Assembly: GCA_963778705.1 (NCBI GenBank)
Contig: CAVZVM010000010.1
Coordinates: 68,241-132,240, forward strand
Direction of reading: 5' to 3'
Length of the DNA stretch: 64,000 nt
Source of the DNA: an uncultured Acidobacteriaceae bacterium
GTDB lineage: Bacteria > Acidobacteriota > Terriglobia > Terriglobales > Acidobacteriaceae
The translations under genes were made by a program, and so were the position numbers. The notes under the pieces are model-generated. The model worked only from the letters and a program-made list of their open reading frames with translations. It was not told where the DNA came from and searched no databases. Positions 44,255 to 53,747 of this stretch are shown here, piece after piece (position 1 is the stretch's first letter; every line of letters begins with the position of its first letter).

Positions 44255-45477
44255 TACCGGTCAATCTCCCCCAGCACAATATCAATCGACCCGATCACCG
44301 CCACTACATCTGCGAGCATCCGGCCCTTGCACATCGTCTCCAGCGCCTGCAAACTCGCAAATCCCGGATACCGCATGTGCACCCGATACGGTTTCGCGGT
44401 TCCATCCGAAACCACGTAGTAGCCCATCGTTCCATGCCCCGACTCGATTGCCTGATACACCTCGCCCGCCGGCACATTGAACCCTTCCGTCACGATCTTG
44501 AAGTGATGGATCAGCGCCTCCATCTGCGTCTTCATCTTCTCGCGGTCCGGCAGCACAATCTTCGGCGCATCGGCCTTCACCGGCCCCTCCGGCATCCCAT
44601 CCAGCGCCTGCTGCACAATCTTCACGCTCTCGCGCATCTCCAGCAGCCGCACTTCATACCGCGCCCAGCAGTCGCATCCGTTCGACACCGGCACCTTGAA
44701 CTGAAACTTCTCGTAGCTCGAGTACGGCATGTCCCGCCGCAGGTCGAAATCGATTCCCGACGCTCTCATCGTCGGCCCGGTGATCGCCAAGGCAATCGCG
44801 TCTTCGGCGGAAAACATGCCCACGCCCATCAGCCGGTTGCGAAAGATCGGATTCCCCGTCAGCAGGTTTGAGTACTCATCGATCTTCTCCGGGAGCGTCT
44901 TGATGAACGCCTGAATCTTTCCCAGCAGCCCCAGCGGCGGCTCCATCGCCAGCCCGCCGATGCGGAAGTAGCTGGTCATCATCCGCTGCCCGGCCACTTC
45001 TTCAAAGATGCGCAGAATATCTTCGCGTTCCCTGAAAGTGTAGAGAAACACCGTCAGCGCACCAATATCCATTGCGTGCGTACCCAGCCAGATCAGGTGC
45101 GAGTTCAGCCGGGTCAGCTCCGTGAACATCACCCGCAGCCACTGCGCACGATCCGGAATCTCCAGCTGCAGCAGCTTCTCGACGGCCAGGCAGTAGCACA
45201 GGTTGTTGGCCATCGGGCCTAAATAATCCACGCGATCGGTCAGTGGCACCACCTGCTGATAAAACTTCGCCTCGCAGGTCTTCTCGATCCCCGTGTGCAG
45301 GTATCCAATCTCGGGATACAGCCGCACCACGATCTCGCCGTCCACCTCCAGCACCAGGCGCAACACGCCGTGCGTCGACGGGTGCTGCGGTCCCATGTTC
45401 AGGACCATGTGCTGGTCTTTCGCGCCCTCGGCGACCGGTGCTTCCAGGATGGGCGTGCCTACATCAAAATCAGCCAT
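44254..45477 (-). CDS. nuoD: NADH-quinone oxidoreductase subunit D
   Basis: 407 aa. MVLNMGPQHPSTHGVLRL is the NuoD signature. Confidence 0.95.
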   Translation of the reverse strand: MADFDVGTPILEAPVAEGAKDQHMVLNMGPQHPSTHGVLRLVLEVDGEIVVRLYPEIGYLHTGIEKTCEAKFYQQVVPLTDRVDYLGPMANNLCYCLAVEKLLQLEIPDRAQWLRVMFTELTRLNSHLIWLGTHAMDIGALTVFLYTFREREDILRIFEEVAGQRMMTSYFRIGGLAMEPPLGLLGKIQAFIKTLPEKIDEYSNLLTGNPIFRNRLMGVGMFSAEDAIALAITGPTMRASGIDFDLRRDMPYSSYEKFQFKVPVSNGCDCWARYEVRLLEMRESVKIVQQALDGMPEGPVKADAPKIVLPDREKMKTQMEALIHHFKIVTEGFNVPAGEVYQAIESGHGTMGYYVVSDGTAKPYRVHMRYPGFASLQALETMCKGRMLADVVAVIGSIDIVLGEIDR

Positions 45478-45974
45478 CAGCGGTAGCCCTCCACCGGATA
45501 GTCCTTGCGCAAGGGATGCCCCGTCCAGTCTTCAGGCATTAGGATGCGCCGCAAGTTCGGATGACCCTCGAATCGCACGCCGAACAAATCGAAGACCTCG
45601 CGTTCGTAGTAGTTCGCGCCCGGCCACACCACCGTCGAAGACTCCACCGCCGGATCGTCGCCACTCACCATCGCCCGCAGCCGAATCCGCTCCCTATATT
45701 GGTGCGACAGGATGTGATAGCTCAGCTGAAAGCGCGGCTCACTCGGATACCAGTCAACTGCCGTCATGTCTTCAAATGCGTTGTAGCCTGCCGCCTTCAA
45801 CGCCTGCAACGCCGGCACAATGTCGTTCGGAGCCACTGTCAACGTCAGCTCATCCCGATCGAACCGTGCATCCAGAAATCCTGAATTGCTCCAGGCCAGC
45901 AGCGCTTTCACCGCCGGATGCTCCGGCAGTCCCTCCAGAACCTCCGCCCGATTGGCCAGCGTCTTTTCCGTCAC
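45477..45974 (-). CDS. nuoC: NADH-quinone oxidoreductase subunit C
   Basis: 165 aa. Contains the 30-kDa subunit motif YEREVFDLFGVRFEGHPNLRRIL. Confidence 0.93.
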   Translation of the reverse strand: MTEKTLANRAEVLEGLPEHPAVKALLAWSNSGFLDARFDRDELTLTVAPNDIVPALQALKAAGYNAFEDMTAVDWYPSEPRFQLSYHILSHQYRERIRLRAMVSGDDPAVESSTVVWPGANYYEREVFDLFGVRFEGHPNLRRILMPEDWTGHPLRKDYPVEGYR

Positions 45975-46372
45975 AGGTCCGCCTTGTCCTGGCTCCAGTT
46001 CAGAATGCCCTTACGCACAATGTAGTAAAGCCCTACGGCGATGAATCCCAGGTAAACGACCATCTCCCAGAAGCCAAACAGCCGATTCCCGGTGATCGCA
46101 GGCAGCCTCTTGTAGATCACCGCCCACGGCATCATGAACACAGCTTCCACATCGAACAGGATGAACAGCATCGCCACCATATAGAACCGCACGCTGAACC
46201 GCCCGCGCGCGTCGCCTACCGGATCGATGCCGCACTCATAGGCGCCCAGTTTTGCCTTGGTGTTCCGGTGCCGCCCGATGAACCAGGAGGCCAGCACCAT
46301 CCCTCCGGCCAGACCAAAAGCCACCAGGATCTGCATGAGCAACGGCAAGTACTGCCAATGGTAGGGAATCAT
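45971..46372 (-). CDS. nuoA: NADH-quinone oxidoreductase subunit A
   Basis: 133 aa and 3 TM, with the YECG.DP...R..F.V.FY motif. Overlaps the nuoC start. Confidence 0.93.
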   Translation of the reverse strand: MIPYHWQYLPLLMQILVAFGLAGGMVLASWFIGRHRNTKAKLGAYECGIDPVGDARGRFSVRFYMVAMLFILFDVEAVFMMPWAVIYKRLPAITGNRLFGFWEMVVYLGFIAVGLYYIVRKGILNWSQDKADL

Positions 46373-46613
46373 CTCGATCCTGTCTGGAAGCGTCTGAGTG
46401 ACAGTCTAATATGCGCCGCACAAATCCCCGCTGCAGCGCGACAAGCGACTGATTCGAGCTTAGGTTTTCACCCTCGGTCCGTCAAGGCGCGGTGTTGATA
46501 TCGGAGCTGGCCCAGAGCTTTATTGCGAGGAGAATTTGTGCTGCTGCATTCGTCGCGCGCAGTCCATGCGCCCGGGGTTTGCGCACACCAGGGGCCTGCG
46601 TCGGACAGTGTCG

Positions 46614-47318
46614 CTACGCGCCTGTTCGGACCAACCCGCGCGCTATCCAACCCACGAGTGCTCCCAGCGCACCGCTCAGCGGTACGACCGCAAGGTGCCA
46701 CACCAGCAGATGTGCCGTCTCGAAGTTTAGGCAATGGAGTTCCAGCATGCCCACTCCGGCCAGTCCGCCCAGCATCCCGGCAACCAACCCAGCCGATACG
46801 GCATTCAGCGCGAAGCCGCGGCGAACTACAAACCAGCTCAGCAGTGTGGCGGGAATGGCGTGCAGCAATCCCGCCGTCAGGCATCCGATCCCGATCGAAA
46901 CGAACTGGTCCATGCCCGGATCGCGAAACAGGGACGCAAACAGGCCAGCCAATCCCACGCAGCTCAGAACCAGAAGCACGCCCGGCATTAGGCTCCGCCG
47001 GCTTCCGGGAATCATCTCCGCAACCATCGTGCGGGCCGTCGCCCACAAAAGAATCCCCAGCACAGGAAAGACCAGTCCGCGCTGCACCAGATCCATCTTT
47101 TCGAATCCGAACAGCCCCACGCGGAACGCGCCTGCCAGCGAAACAGCCGCGCATACCAGAACCAGCGCGCCCGTCAGCACCCAGTCCGCCGGCATCGGCC
47201 GAACGGGACGAAGCGATGCCGCGATCGAAGCCCTGACCCCCTGCAACACCTCCGGCCGCGGACTCTGTGGAGCCGGCACGGCTTTATTTACGATTTCATC
47301 AATCTCGTCGTCTCTCAC
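46614..47318 (-). CDS. multi-pass membrane anti-sigma factor candidate (NrsF/DUF1109-like)
   Basis: 234 aa and about 6 TM. The start overlaps the stop of the ECF sigma gene by 4 nt. The architecture resembles NrsF. Confidence 0.55.
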   Translation of the reverse strand: MRDDEIDEIVNKAVPAPQSPRPEVLQGVRASIAASLRPVRPMPADWVLTGALVLVCAAVSLAGAFRVGLFGFEKMDLVQRGLVFPVLGILLWATARTMVAEMIPGSRRSLMPGVLLVLSCVGLAGLFASLFRDPGMDQFVSIGIGCLTAGLLHAIPATLLSWFVVRRGFALNAVSAGLVAGMLGGLAGVGMLELHCLNFETAHLLVWHLAVVPLSGALGALVGWIARGLVRTGA

Positions 47319-47851
47319 GAAAGTCGTTCTCTTGGCTCCTTTCTGAGCCCGGCTGCGCTCATCGTTTCCCTCAACTTCTTGTACGCCCGATGCACCTTCT
47401 GTTTCACCGACCCGACGCTCGACGAAGTAGCGCGCGCCACTTCTTCCAGGGACATCCCCGTCACCTTTAGCATCTCAAGCACCTCGCGCTGGCTCTGGGA
47501 GAGCGGTGCAAGCAGCGTTTCCAGGTCGTGCGCCTTGTCTGGCTTGTCCGCGAAGGCCGCGCTCGCTTTCGCTCTTTGTTCCAGCTCGATCGCGCTGATG
47601 GTCCGTCGCATCGCCCTGCGGTAATGGTCGATTCGAACGTGCCTCGCGATCGCATAGAACCATGGCAATGCAGGCTCCCCAGGGCGATAGGTATGCCTCA
47701 CCCGGTGAATGCGCAGCCATGTCTCCTGCAGCAGATCGTCCGCATCCACGCGGCTCAGCGCTTGCGCAAGAAAGAACCGGTACAAACGCGGACTGCAGGC
47801 CTCGATCAGCGCCGCAGCGGCGGCGGAATCGCCGTCTTGATAGCGAATCAT
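47315..47851 (-). CDS. ECF-type RNA polymerase sigma-70 family factor
   Basis: Region 2 (DDLLQETWLRIHRVRHTYRPG...WFYAIARH) and region 4 HTH (MSLEEVARATSSSVGSVKQKVHRAYKKL) are present. The start is uncertain: Met at 47851 or a GTG near 47944. Confidence 0.85.
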   Translation of the reverse strand: MIRYQDGDSAAAAALIEACSPRLYRFFLAQALSRVDADDLLQETWLRIHRVRHTYRPGEPALPWFYAIARHVRIDHYRRAMRRTISAIELEQRAKASAAFADKPDKAHDLETLLAPLSQSQREVLEMLKVTGMSLEEVARATSSSVGSVKQKVHRAYKKLRETMSAAGLRKEPRERLS

Positions 47852-48173
47852 CAGGCTCTCAAAACCGCTCTCCAATTGCACGCGATCGGCTGTTTTCCCG
47901 CTCTCGGCATTGATCTCAGCTCCGTCGCGCAAAACGCCCCTCACTGCCCGAAAGCTCGCACCTGTTTTCGACCATTGACATGAGATTCGCCAGACCTGGC
48001 AAAAAGTTACGCGCGACTGCAAATTTTCATAAATCTGCCAGTTCCTACGAACGCGAGCTGCAGACTGTAACTTTTTCAAACTCCCCGGCGAATAAACATG
48101 CGTGAAAATGCCCGCGTCGATTCGGTTCGGGTCGGGCCGGCACGCTTTCACGACAAATCCCAAGGAGATCGCA

Positions 48174-49250
48174 ATGCACTCTCAGAGGCTCAAATGGAGC
48201 GGGCGCCATGTCGGTGTCGCGCTGTCGACCCTGTTTCTCGCAGGCGCTGTGTCCGCCCAGGCTCAATCCTGGCGCAACCCACTTGTCATCACCAGCACCA
48301 ATGATCCAAGCGCAAACTCCGTCGTCGTCTTCAAGCTCAACACCGCAGGCACACCCTCTTTGTCCCTAAGTGAATCCTTCCATACCGGCGGAAAAGGCGG
48401 AGCCAGCACCAACGCCGGCATCCTTCAATTCAAGGACAACCTGGGCGCCGTTGCCAACTACGGATCGAATACCGTCAGCCAGTTGGCCCGTTTGGGAAAC
48501 GCGATTCTTCCCGGAAAGACCATTCAGCTCGCATCGGACTGCGTGAAACCCGATTCGGTCGCCCTGACGGATTCACAGCTCTTCGTCGTCGGTGCAACTT
48601 GCGCCGAATCGCACTCCTGGCCAGCAGGCTTTGTTGATGGCGCCGTGGTTAGTCTTTCCGACCCCTCTGCGGCGCAGATCGCTGTCGGCGAAAACTGGGC
48701 CGCCGTTACGTTCAGCTCCGGCTCGCTTGTTCAACTGCCACTTACCAGGGACGACGGCGTGTTGAGTGGGACCGTCAACCCGGTGACACTCCCTGCGGAC
48801 GCGGACAGCGTGCCGCTGGGCGAGGCCTTCTGGGGCAATGTGCTCGGCTTCACTCCAGCGCACAGCCCCGACAGCTTCGCTATCGTCGATGAAAATCGCA
48901 ACCTTTCCGCTGTTCCCGGACCCACCCCGTCCTTCCCCGTCAACGCACCCTGCTGGGTCGCCAAGGGACCGGGCAACATCTGGTACACCGGCAACTCCCC
49001 CGGTAATGCCATTTCGATCTTCTTTAGCGATGGCCAGAGTGGCGTCTTCTACAAATCCGTGCCGGTCCCCGGCGTGCCGACCGACCTTACCGTTTCGCCT
49101 GACCGCAAATGGCTGGCCGTCATCTACACCGCAAGTGGCGAAGCCCACGTCGGGGTTTTCTCCATCGACAGCCACGGTGACCTCACTTGGGTCGCCAACT
49201 CCAATTCAATCGGTGCCGCTTCGTTCAACGGCGTCGCCATCAGCGAGTAG
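48174..49250 (+). CDS. secreted hypothetical protein (beta-rich, possibly beta-propeller/lactonase-like)
   Basis: AGGAG RBS before MHSQRLKWSGRHVGVALSTLFLAGAVSAQA (signal peptide). Divergent from the ECF sigma operon. Confidence 0.5.
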   Translation: MHSQRLKWSGRHVGVALSTLFLAGAVSAQAQSWRNPLVITSTNDPSANSVVVFKLNTAGTPSLSLSESFHTGGKGGASTNAGILQFKDNLGAVANYGSNTVSQLARLGNAILPGKTIQLASDCVKPDSVALTDSQLFVVGATCAESHSWPAGFVDGAVVSLSDPSAAQIAVGENWAAVTFSSGSLVQLPLTRDDGVLSGTVNPVTLPADADSVPLGEAFWGNVLGFTPAHSPDSFAIVDENRNLSAVPGPTPSFPVNAPCWVAKGPGNIWYTGNSPGNAISIFFSDGQSGVFYKSVPVPGVPTDLTVSPDRKWLAVIYTASGEAHVGVFSIDSHGDLTWVANSNSIGAASFNGVAISE

Positions 49251-49331
49251 CCGTTCTCAAATCAACCTCCGCTTGCCCGGCGCGCCAACCCGCGTTGGGC
49301 AAGCGAGCCATCGAGCGCACTCTTTCAAATC

Positions 49332-50552
49332 TCATTTGGATTTCGGCGAACCCACAATACGCATGATATTTGCCGGCGCACGTCGCGCCCGCAGTTCCCC
49401 CGCCATGTACTGCATATACGGGTCGATGTGGTGAAAGAAGTGCTTGTACCCGGCGCAGAGATAGTTCAGCCCGAACTCGCCGTCCGGGGTCCTCGCAAAA
49501 CGATGCTTCGGGCACTCGCCGTTGCATGCGAAGCGGACATCGCACTGGCGGCACATCCGGGGCAGGGAATCGCTCTTGGCGTTGCCAAACGCCGTCTGCT
49601 GTCCCGACTCCGCCATCGTCTTCAAGTCCGCTTCCATCACATTGCCGAGTTTGTGATCGGGATAGACAAAGTGGTCGCAGGAGTAGAGGTCTCCGTTATG
49701 TTCCATCGCCAACGCTGAACCGCAGGTCTTCCGGAACACACACAAACTCGCCTCCAGCCCCATCCAGCTCTCCAGCGCCACATCGAACTGCTGGACGAAG
49801 ACCTTCCCGACATCCTTCTTCATCCATTCGTCGAAGATCTGCGCCAAAAATTTCCCATAGGCCAGCGGCTCCACTGACCACTCCGTCACCTCCGCAGCCC
49901 GCTCGAATGACGGCTGGATCAAAACGAGGCCATCGCGATCCGATTCGGCTGCCCTCCGCTCTACCACAGGAATGAACTGCAGAAACCCGCTCCCAATCTC
50001 CTTGAGAAACCGGTACACCTCGACCGGATGTTCAGAGTTGGCGCGATTCACGACCGTCAGCGTGTTGAACTCGACCTCATGTTGCTTTAGGGTTTCCAAC
50101 CCTCGCATCACCCGGTCGAAGGTCGGCGCCTGCCCCTTGTCGACGCGGTAGCGGTCATGCAATTCGCGCGGCCCATCAATCGAAATTCCTACAAGAAACT
50201 GATGTTCCGACAGAAACTGACCCCACGCATCATCGAGCAGCGTGCCATTGGTCTGCAACGCATTGTGAATCCGCTTGCCTCCCGCGTATTTCTCTTCGAG
50301 CGCTGCGACGGTCCGGAAGAAATCCACACCCAGCAGCGTCGGCTCGCCGCCCTGCCACGCAAAGTGCACCTCATCGCCCGGCTGCGCCGCAATGTATTGC
50401 GCGATGTAGCGCTCCAGCACTTCTTCGCGCATCGTCCATGTTTGCGTTCCAGAGTACAGATTCTCCTTTTCCAGATAGAAGCAGTACGCGCAATCGAGAT
50501 TGCACAGCGGCCCGACGGGCTTGGTCATGATGTGAAAGCCGCTACTCGGCAT
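49332..50552 (-). CDS. anaerobic sulfatase-maturating enzyme (radical SAM/SPASM)
   Basis: CNLDCAYCFY radical-SAM cluster motif plus C-terminal SPASM Cys clusters. Divergent from the sulfatase gene. Confidence 0.9.
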   Translation of the reverse strand: MPSSGFHIMTKPVGPLCNLDCAYCFYLEKENLYSGTQTWTMREEVLERYIAQYIAAQPGDEVHFAWQGGEPTLLGVDFFRTVAALEEKYAGGKRIHNALQTNGTLLDDAWGQFLSEHQFLVGISIDGPRELHDRYRVDKGQAPTFDRVMRGLETLKQHEVEFNTLTVVNRANSEHPVEVYRFLKEIGSGFLQFIPVVERRAAESDRDGLVLIQPSFERAAEVTEWSVEPLAYGKFLAQIFDEWMKKDVGKVFVQQFDVALESWMGLEASLCVFRKTCGSALAMEHNGDLYSCDHFVYPDHKLGNVMEADLKTMAESGQQTAFGNAKSDSLPRMCRQCDVRFACNGECPKHRFARTPDGEFGLNYLCAGYKHFFHHIDPYMQYMAGELRARRAPANIMRIVGSPKSK

Positions 50553-50724
50553 GGACGCGTCTCCGCTCGCATCCGATCATACCCGTCAGGCTCATCCCGC
50601 AACTCGATTCTCGACACTCCATGATCCGAGCCTTGACACGAGCCTGTCTCACCTTCTATTCCTTGCAGTTCCGCATTTGCTTGTGAGTCCGTGCGACTCA
50701 AAGCGCGCGCCTTCGAAAGGGCTC

Positions 50725-52227
50725 ATGGAAACCCGTCGCACTGTCCTTAAATATCTCGCCGGAACCGCAGGTGCTACCTGCTCGCTCGATTCCCTCGAAG
50801 CCTTTGCTCATGGCCTCGATTCCAATCCCCAGCGCCCCAACATCGTCTGCATCGTAGGCGAAGGCCTCCGCTCGGACGAACTCTCCTCGACCGGCAACAA
50901 GATCCTGCACACCCCAAATCTCGATCGCATCGCCCACGAGGGCTGCACCTTCCGCAATGCCTTCGTCGTCAACGCCCTCTGTCTGCCCTCGCGCGCCACC
51001 ATGCTCACCGGCATGTACTCGCACACCACCGGCGCCGTCTCCAACGTCGAAGGCAAGATTCCCCCGCGCTTTCCCCTCGTCTCCGATCTTCTCCAGCAGG
51101 CCGGCTACGAAACCGCCTTCCTCGGCAAGTCCCACATCGAAGGCGCCCTCATGGAGCACAAGTGGGACTACTACTTCGGCTTCGTGGGCCAGGCCGACTA
51201 CTACCGCCCCCGCATCACCGAAGGCGTGCGCGGCAACTACGGTCCGGCCAAGCTCTACGAAGGCGAGTACGTCGACACACTCCTCACCCGCAAAGCGGTC
51301 GAGTGGCTCCAGCAGCCCCGCACCAAGCCCTTCTGCCTCTTTCTCTGGTTCTATGCACCGCACGCGCCGTTCTACCGGCCCAAAGACCTGGTCAACGACT
51401 TCAATGGCGTCCGCATCCCCGTCCCGTCCACCTTCGACGAAGATCAGAAAGGCTATCCCGGCAAACCGCGCGCCGTCGCTGATGCCGACGACAAGATCGG
51501 CTACTCCGAGGTCTTCAGCGACGATCCACGCTCCCTCGAAGAGTTAGTCAAAGACCACTACGCCGGCGTCGAAGACAACGACCGCAACATGGGCGCAATC
51601 TGGCACGAACTCGATCGTCAGAAGATTGCCCACCAGACCGCCGTTCTCCTCAGCTCCGATCACGGCTTCTTCCTCGGCGAACATCACCTCTACGACAAGC
51701 GCCTCATGTACGAGCCATCCATCCGCGTGCCCATGATCCTGCGCGATCCCGGCCGCGTGCACCCCGGCTCTTCATCCGATGCCATGGTCCTCAACCTCGA
51801 TCTCGCCCCCACCCTGCTCGACATCGCCGGCCTGCCTGTCCCTGCCGACATGCAAGGCAAGAGCTTCCTCGCTCTCGCCGAAGGCAAGCCCGACCCCTCA
51901 TGGCGCAAAGACTGGCTCTACGAGTACTACGAATATCCCGGCTTCGAAAATGTGCGCCCCTGCCGCGGCGTCCGCACCGAGCGCTACAAATACATCCACT
52001 TCTTTCTCGATCCCGAGGAGTTCGAGCTCTACGATCTCAAGACCGATCCCGACGAAAAGAACAACCTCTACGGCAAGCCCGGCTTCGAGGAAATCACCGC
52101 GCACCTGAAGGATCGTCTTGCCGCCCTGCGTGCCGAAACCAACGACACCTATCAGTACAAGCCGACCGGCATCCCCAAGCACATGGATCTCGGCTCGCTC
52201 TCCGAATCCAGCCTGACACACCGCTAG
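50725..52227 (+). CDS. Cys-type sulfatase with Tat signal
   Basis: Start set at METRRTVLKYLAGTAGA, which is twin-arginine-like. Active-site CLPSRATMLTG (C-x-P-x-R) motif is present. Confidence 0.9.
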   Translation: METRRTVLKYLAGTAGATCSLDSLEAFAHGLDSNPQRPNIVCIVGEGLRSDELSSTGNKILHTPNLDRIAHEGCTFRNAFVVNALCLPSRATMLTGMYSHTTGAVSNVEGKIPPRFPLVSDLLQQAGYETAFLGKSHIEGALMEHKWDYYFGFVGQADYYRPRITEGVRGNYGPAKLYEGEYVDTLLTRKAVEWLQQPRTKPFCLFLWFYAPHAPFYRPKDLVNDFNGVRIPVPSTFDEDQKGYPGKPRAVADADDKIGYSEVFSDDPRSLEELVKDHYAGVEDNDRNMGAIWHELDRQKIAHQTAVLLSSDHGFFLGEHHLYDKRLMYEPSIRVPMILRDPGRVHPGSSSDAMVLNLDLAPTLLDIAGLPVPADMQGKSFLALAEGKPDPSWRKDWLYEYYEYPGFENVRPCRGVRTERYKYIHFFLDPEEFELYDLKTDPDEKNNLYGKPGFEEITAHLKDRLAALRAETNDTYQYKPTGIPKHMDLGSLSESSLTHR

Positions 52228-52255
52228 CAAGAGAGCCAAGCCCTCAGCCCGCCGC

Positions 52256-53399
52256 TTACTTCTCCACCGTCCGCAGCAGCTCCACCATCTCCGGTGCCGC
52301 AATGTGCCGATAATCCATCGTCAGCAACCCGTACGTCTCCATCGCGTCAAATCTCCGTCCCGCACCACTCGACTGCGTCCCATTCAGCGGCCAATAACTC
52401 CACGACAACCGGCTGTCTTCCTTCAGCAGCCTCACCATCCAGCGGAACCACTCCGCATTGGCGCCGCACGCAAGCGTCTGGCAGCTCCCGAACTCGCCCA
52501 CCCACAACGGCACACCCGTGTCCAGCAGGAATCCCGCCCGCGCGTGATACGCCTCCTTCATCGCCTCGTAACTCGCGAAGCGATGCTCCCCATCGAAATA
52601 CGCGTGCGGCGAGTACACCAGCCTGCCTGCCACCGGCAACCGCACCGGCAGCTTGTCGACCCCCGTAAAGTCCGTCGAATAATGCGGGCTCTCCACAAAA
52701 ATTAGGAGATTTGAATTCGCACCCAGCACCGCCGCTCCGCCCCGTTCCGCCGCCGCATGCCAATCCACCTTCGCATCCGTCCCGCCCCAGGCCGCGCCAC
52801 TCCGCAACTCGTTGCGCAAATCCGCGCCCACCACCCACGGCTCATCGCGGTAGCGCCGCGCCATCCTCGCCCAATCCTCCAGCCACTTCGCCTCCGGATA
52901 CTCCGCGTTGTACCAGAGCCCGTTCCCATCCGTCTCGCTGCAGCACCAGTCCGCCCGGCTCACATGGTTGTCCAGGATCACCATCAGATGCGCCCCCGCC
53001 AGCGCCGCGATCACCGCATCCATCACCTCCATCGCGTGCTTGCCGCGCAGCTCGGGATTCGCCGCCACCGCATACGCCGGCACTTCTGGATTGCGCTCCA
53101 GCGTCTCATTCGCCCAGGGCAGCCGCACCGAGTTCACGCCGATCGTCTTGATCTGCTCCACAATCGCAGCCAGCGGAGCATGATCCAGCCCACCGGCCAC
53201 GAACTCCTTCTCGTCAAATCCGTACCAGTTCACCGAGGTCAGCCGAATCGCCCGCCCATGCGCATCCACAATCCGATTTCCCTCTGTATGCAGCGGCGGC
53301 GACGCGTCTTGCGCGTGCGCAGTCGCCGCCATACAAACCCAAAGCGCACAGAGCACAGCAATCGCGCAAATACGCTTTCAACGAAGTAGGAGTTTTCAT
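52256..53399 (-). pseudogene. glycoside hydrolase family 5 protein, frameshift in signal-peptide region
   Basis: ADLRNE (acid/base) and WVGEFG (nucleophile) motifs. ATG at 53399 (MKTPTSL) joins the 53356 frame if one A of an A-run near 53375 is skipped. This gives MKTPTSLKRICAIAVLCALWVCMAATAHA. Confidence 0.8.
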
Positions 53400-53499
53400 C
53401 GGGAAAAGGATACGCTGTCTCGGAAATTCATGCGGAGACACAATCATCGGTCGGCTCCGTCTTTCGCGCTTTGTCCGAAGGGCGGGTAAGACACAAGGA

Positions 53500-53665
53500 T
53501 CCAATCCGCATGCCCCTGGGTGCCCAAGCATTGTCATCCTGAGCGGAGCGCAGCGGAGTCGAAGGACCTGCAGTTGCCTTTCGATCCCTCCATCCCCACG
53601 AAGGGTGCCCCATGTCTCGATTCTGAGACGTGGAAAACCACGAACCTCCACCTGTGGGCCCGCCA
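53500..53665. repeat. dispersed GC-rich hairpin repeat element (GGGTGCCCCA + stem-loop; GTCATCCTGAGCGGAGCG... module)
   Basis: 9-bp stem CCATGTCTC/GAGACGTGG at about 53610-53633, preceded by GGGTGCCCCA. A related copy lies at 43940-43995. Spurious ORFs here read MGHP...STPLRSAQDDN. Confidence 0.5.
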
Positions 53666-53747
53666 CGAATTGCTTAACTAGGATCGCAAGTCATCACAGC
53701 CCGCCGCCCCCACCCTCCAACGCACTATCCTTAACTCCTGGGACCCG

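Noticed and set aside
45293-46498. 401-aa plus-strand ORF across nuoD/nuoC/nuoA
   Set aside because: It is antisense to three clearly conserved nuo genes and has Pro/Ser/Arg-rich low-complexity translation.
46468-47346. ORFs 46468..47154 (-), 46492..47346 (+) and 46523..47236 (+) overlapping the NrsF-like gene
   Set aside because: These are alternative frames of the same GC-rich membrane-protein gene. Only the 46614..47318 frame gives a coherent multi-TM protein coupled to the sigma gene.
53214-53666. 150-aa minus-strand ORF and the nested 61-aa ORF 53428..53613 (MGHPSWGW...STPLRSAQDDN)
   Set aside because: The 5' part is repeat-element sequence translated by chance. The 3' end of the 150-aa ORF is actually the frameshifted signal-peptide start of the GH5 gene.
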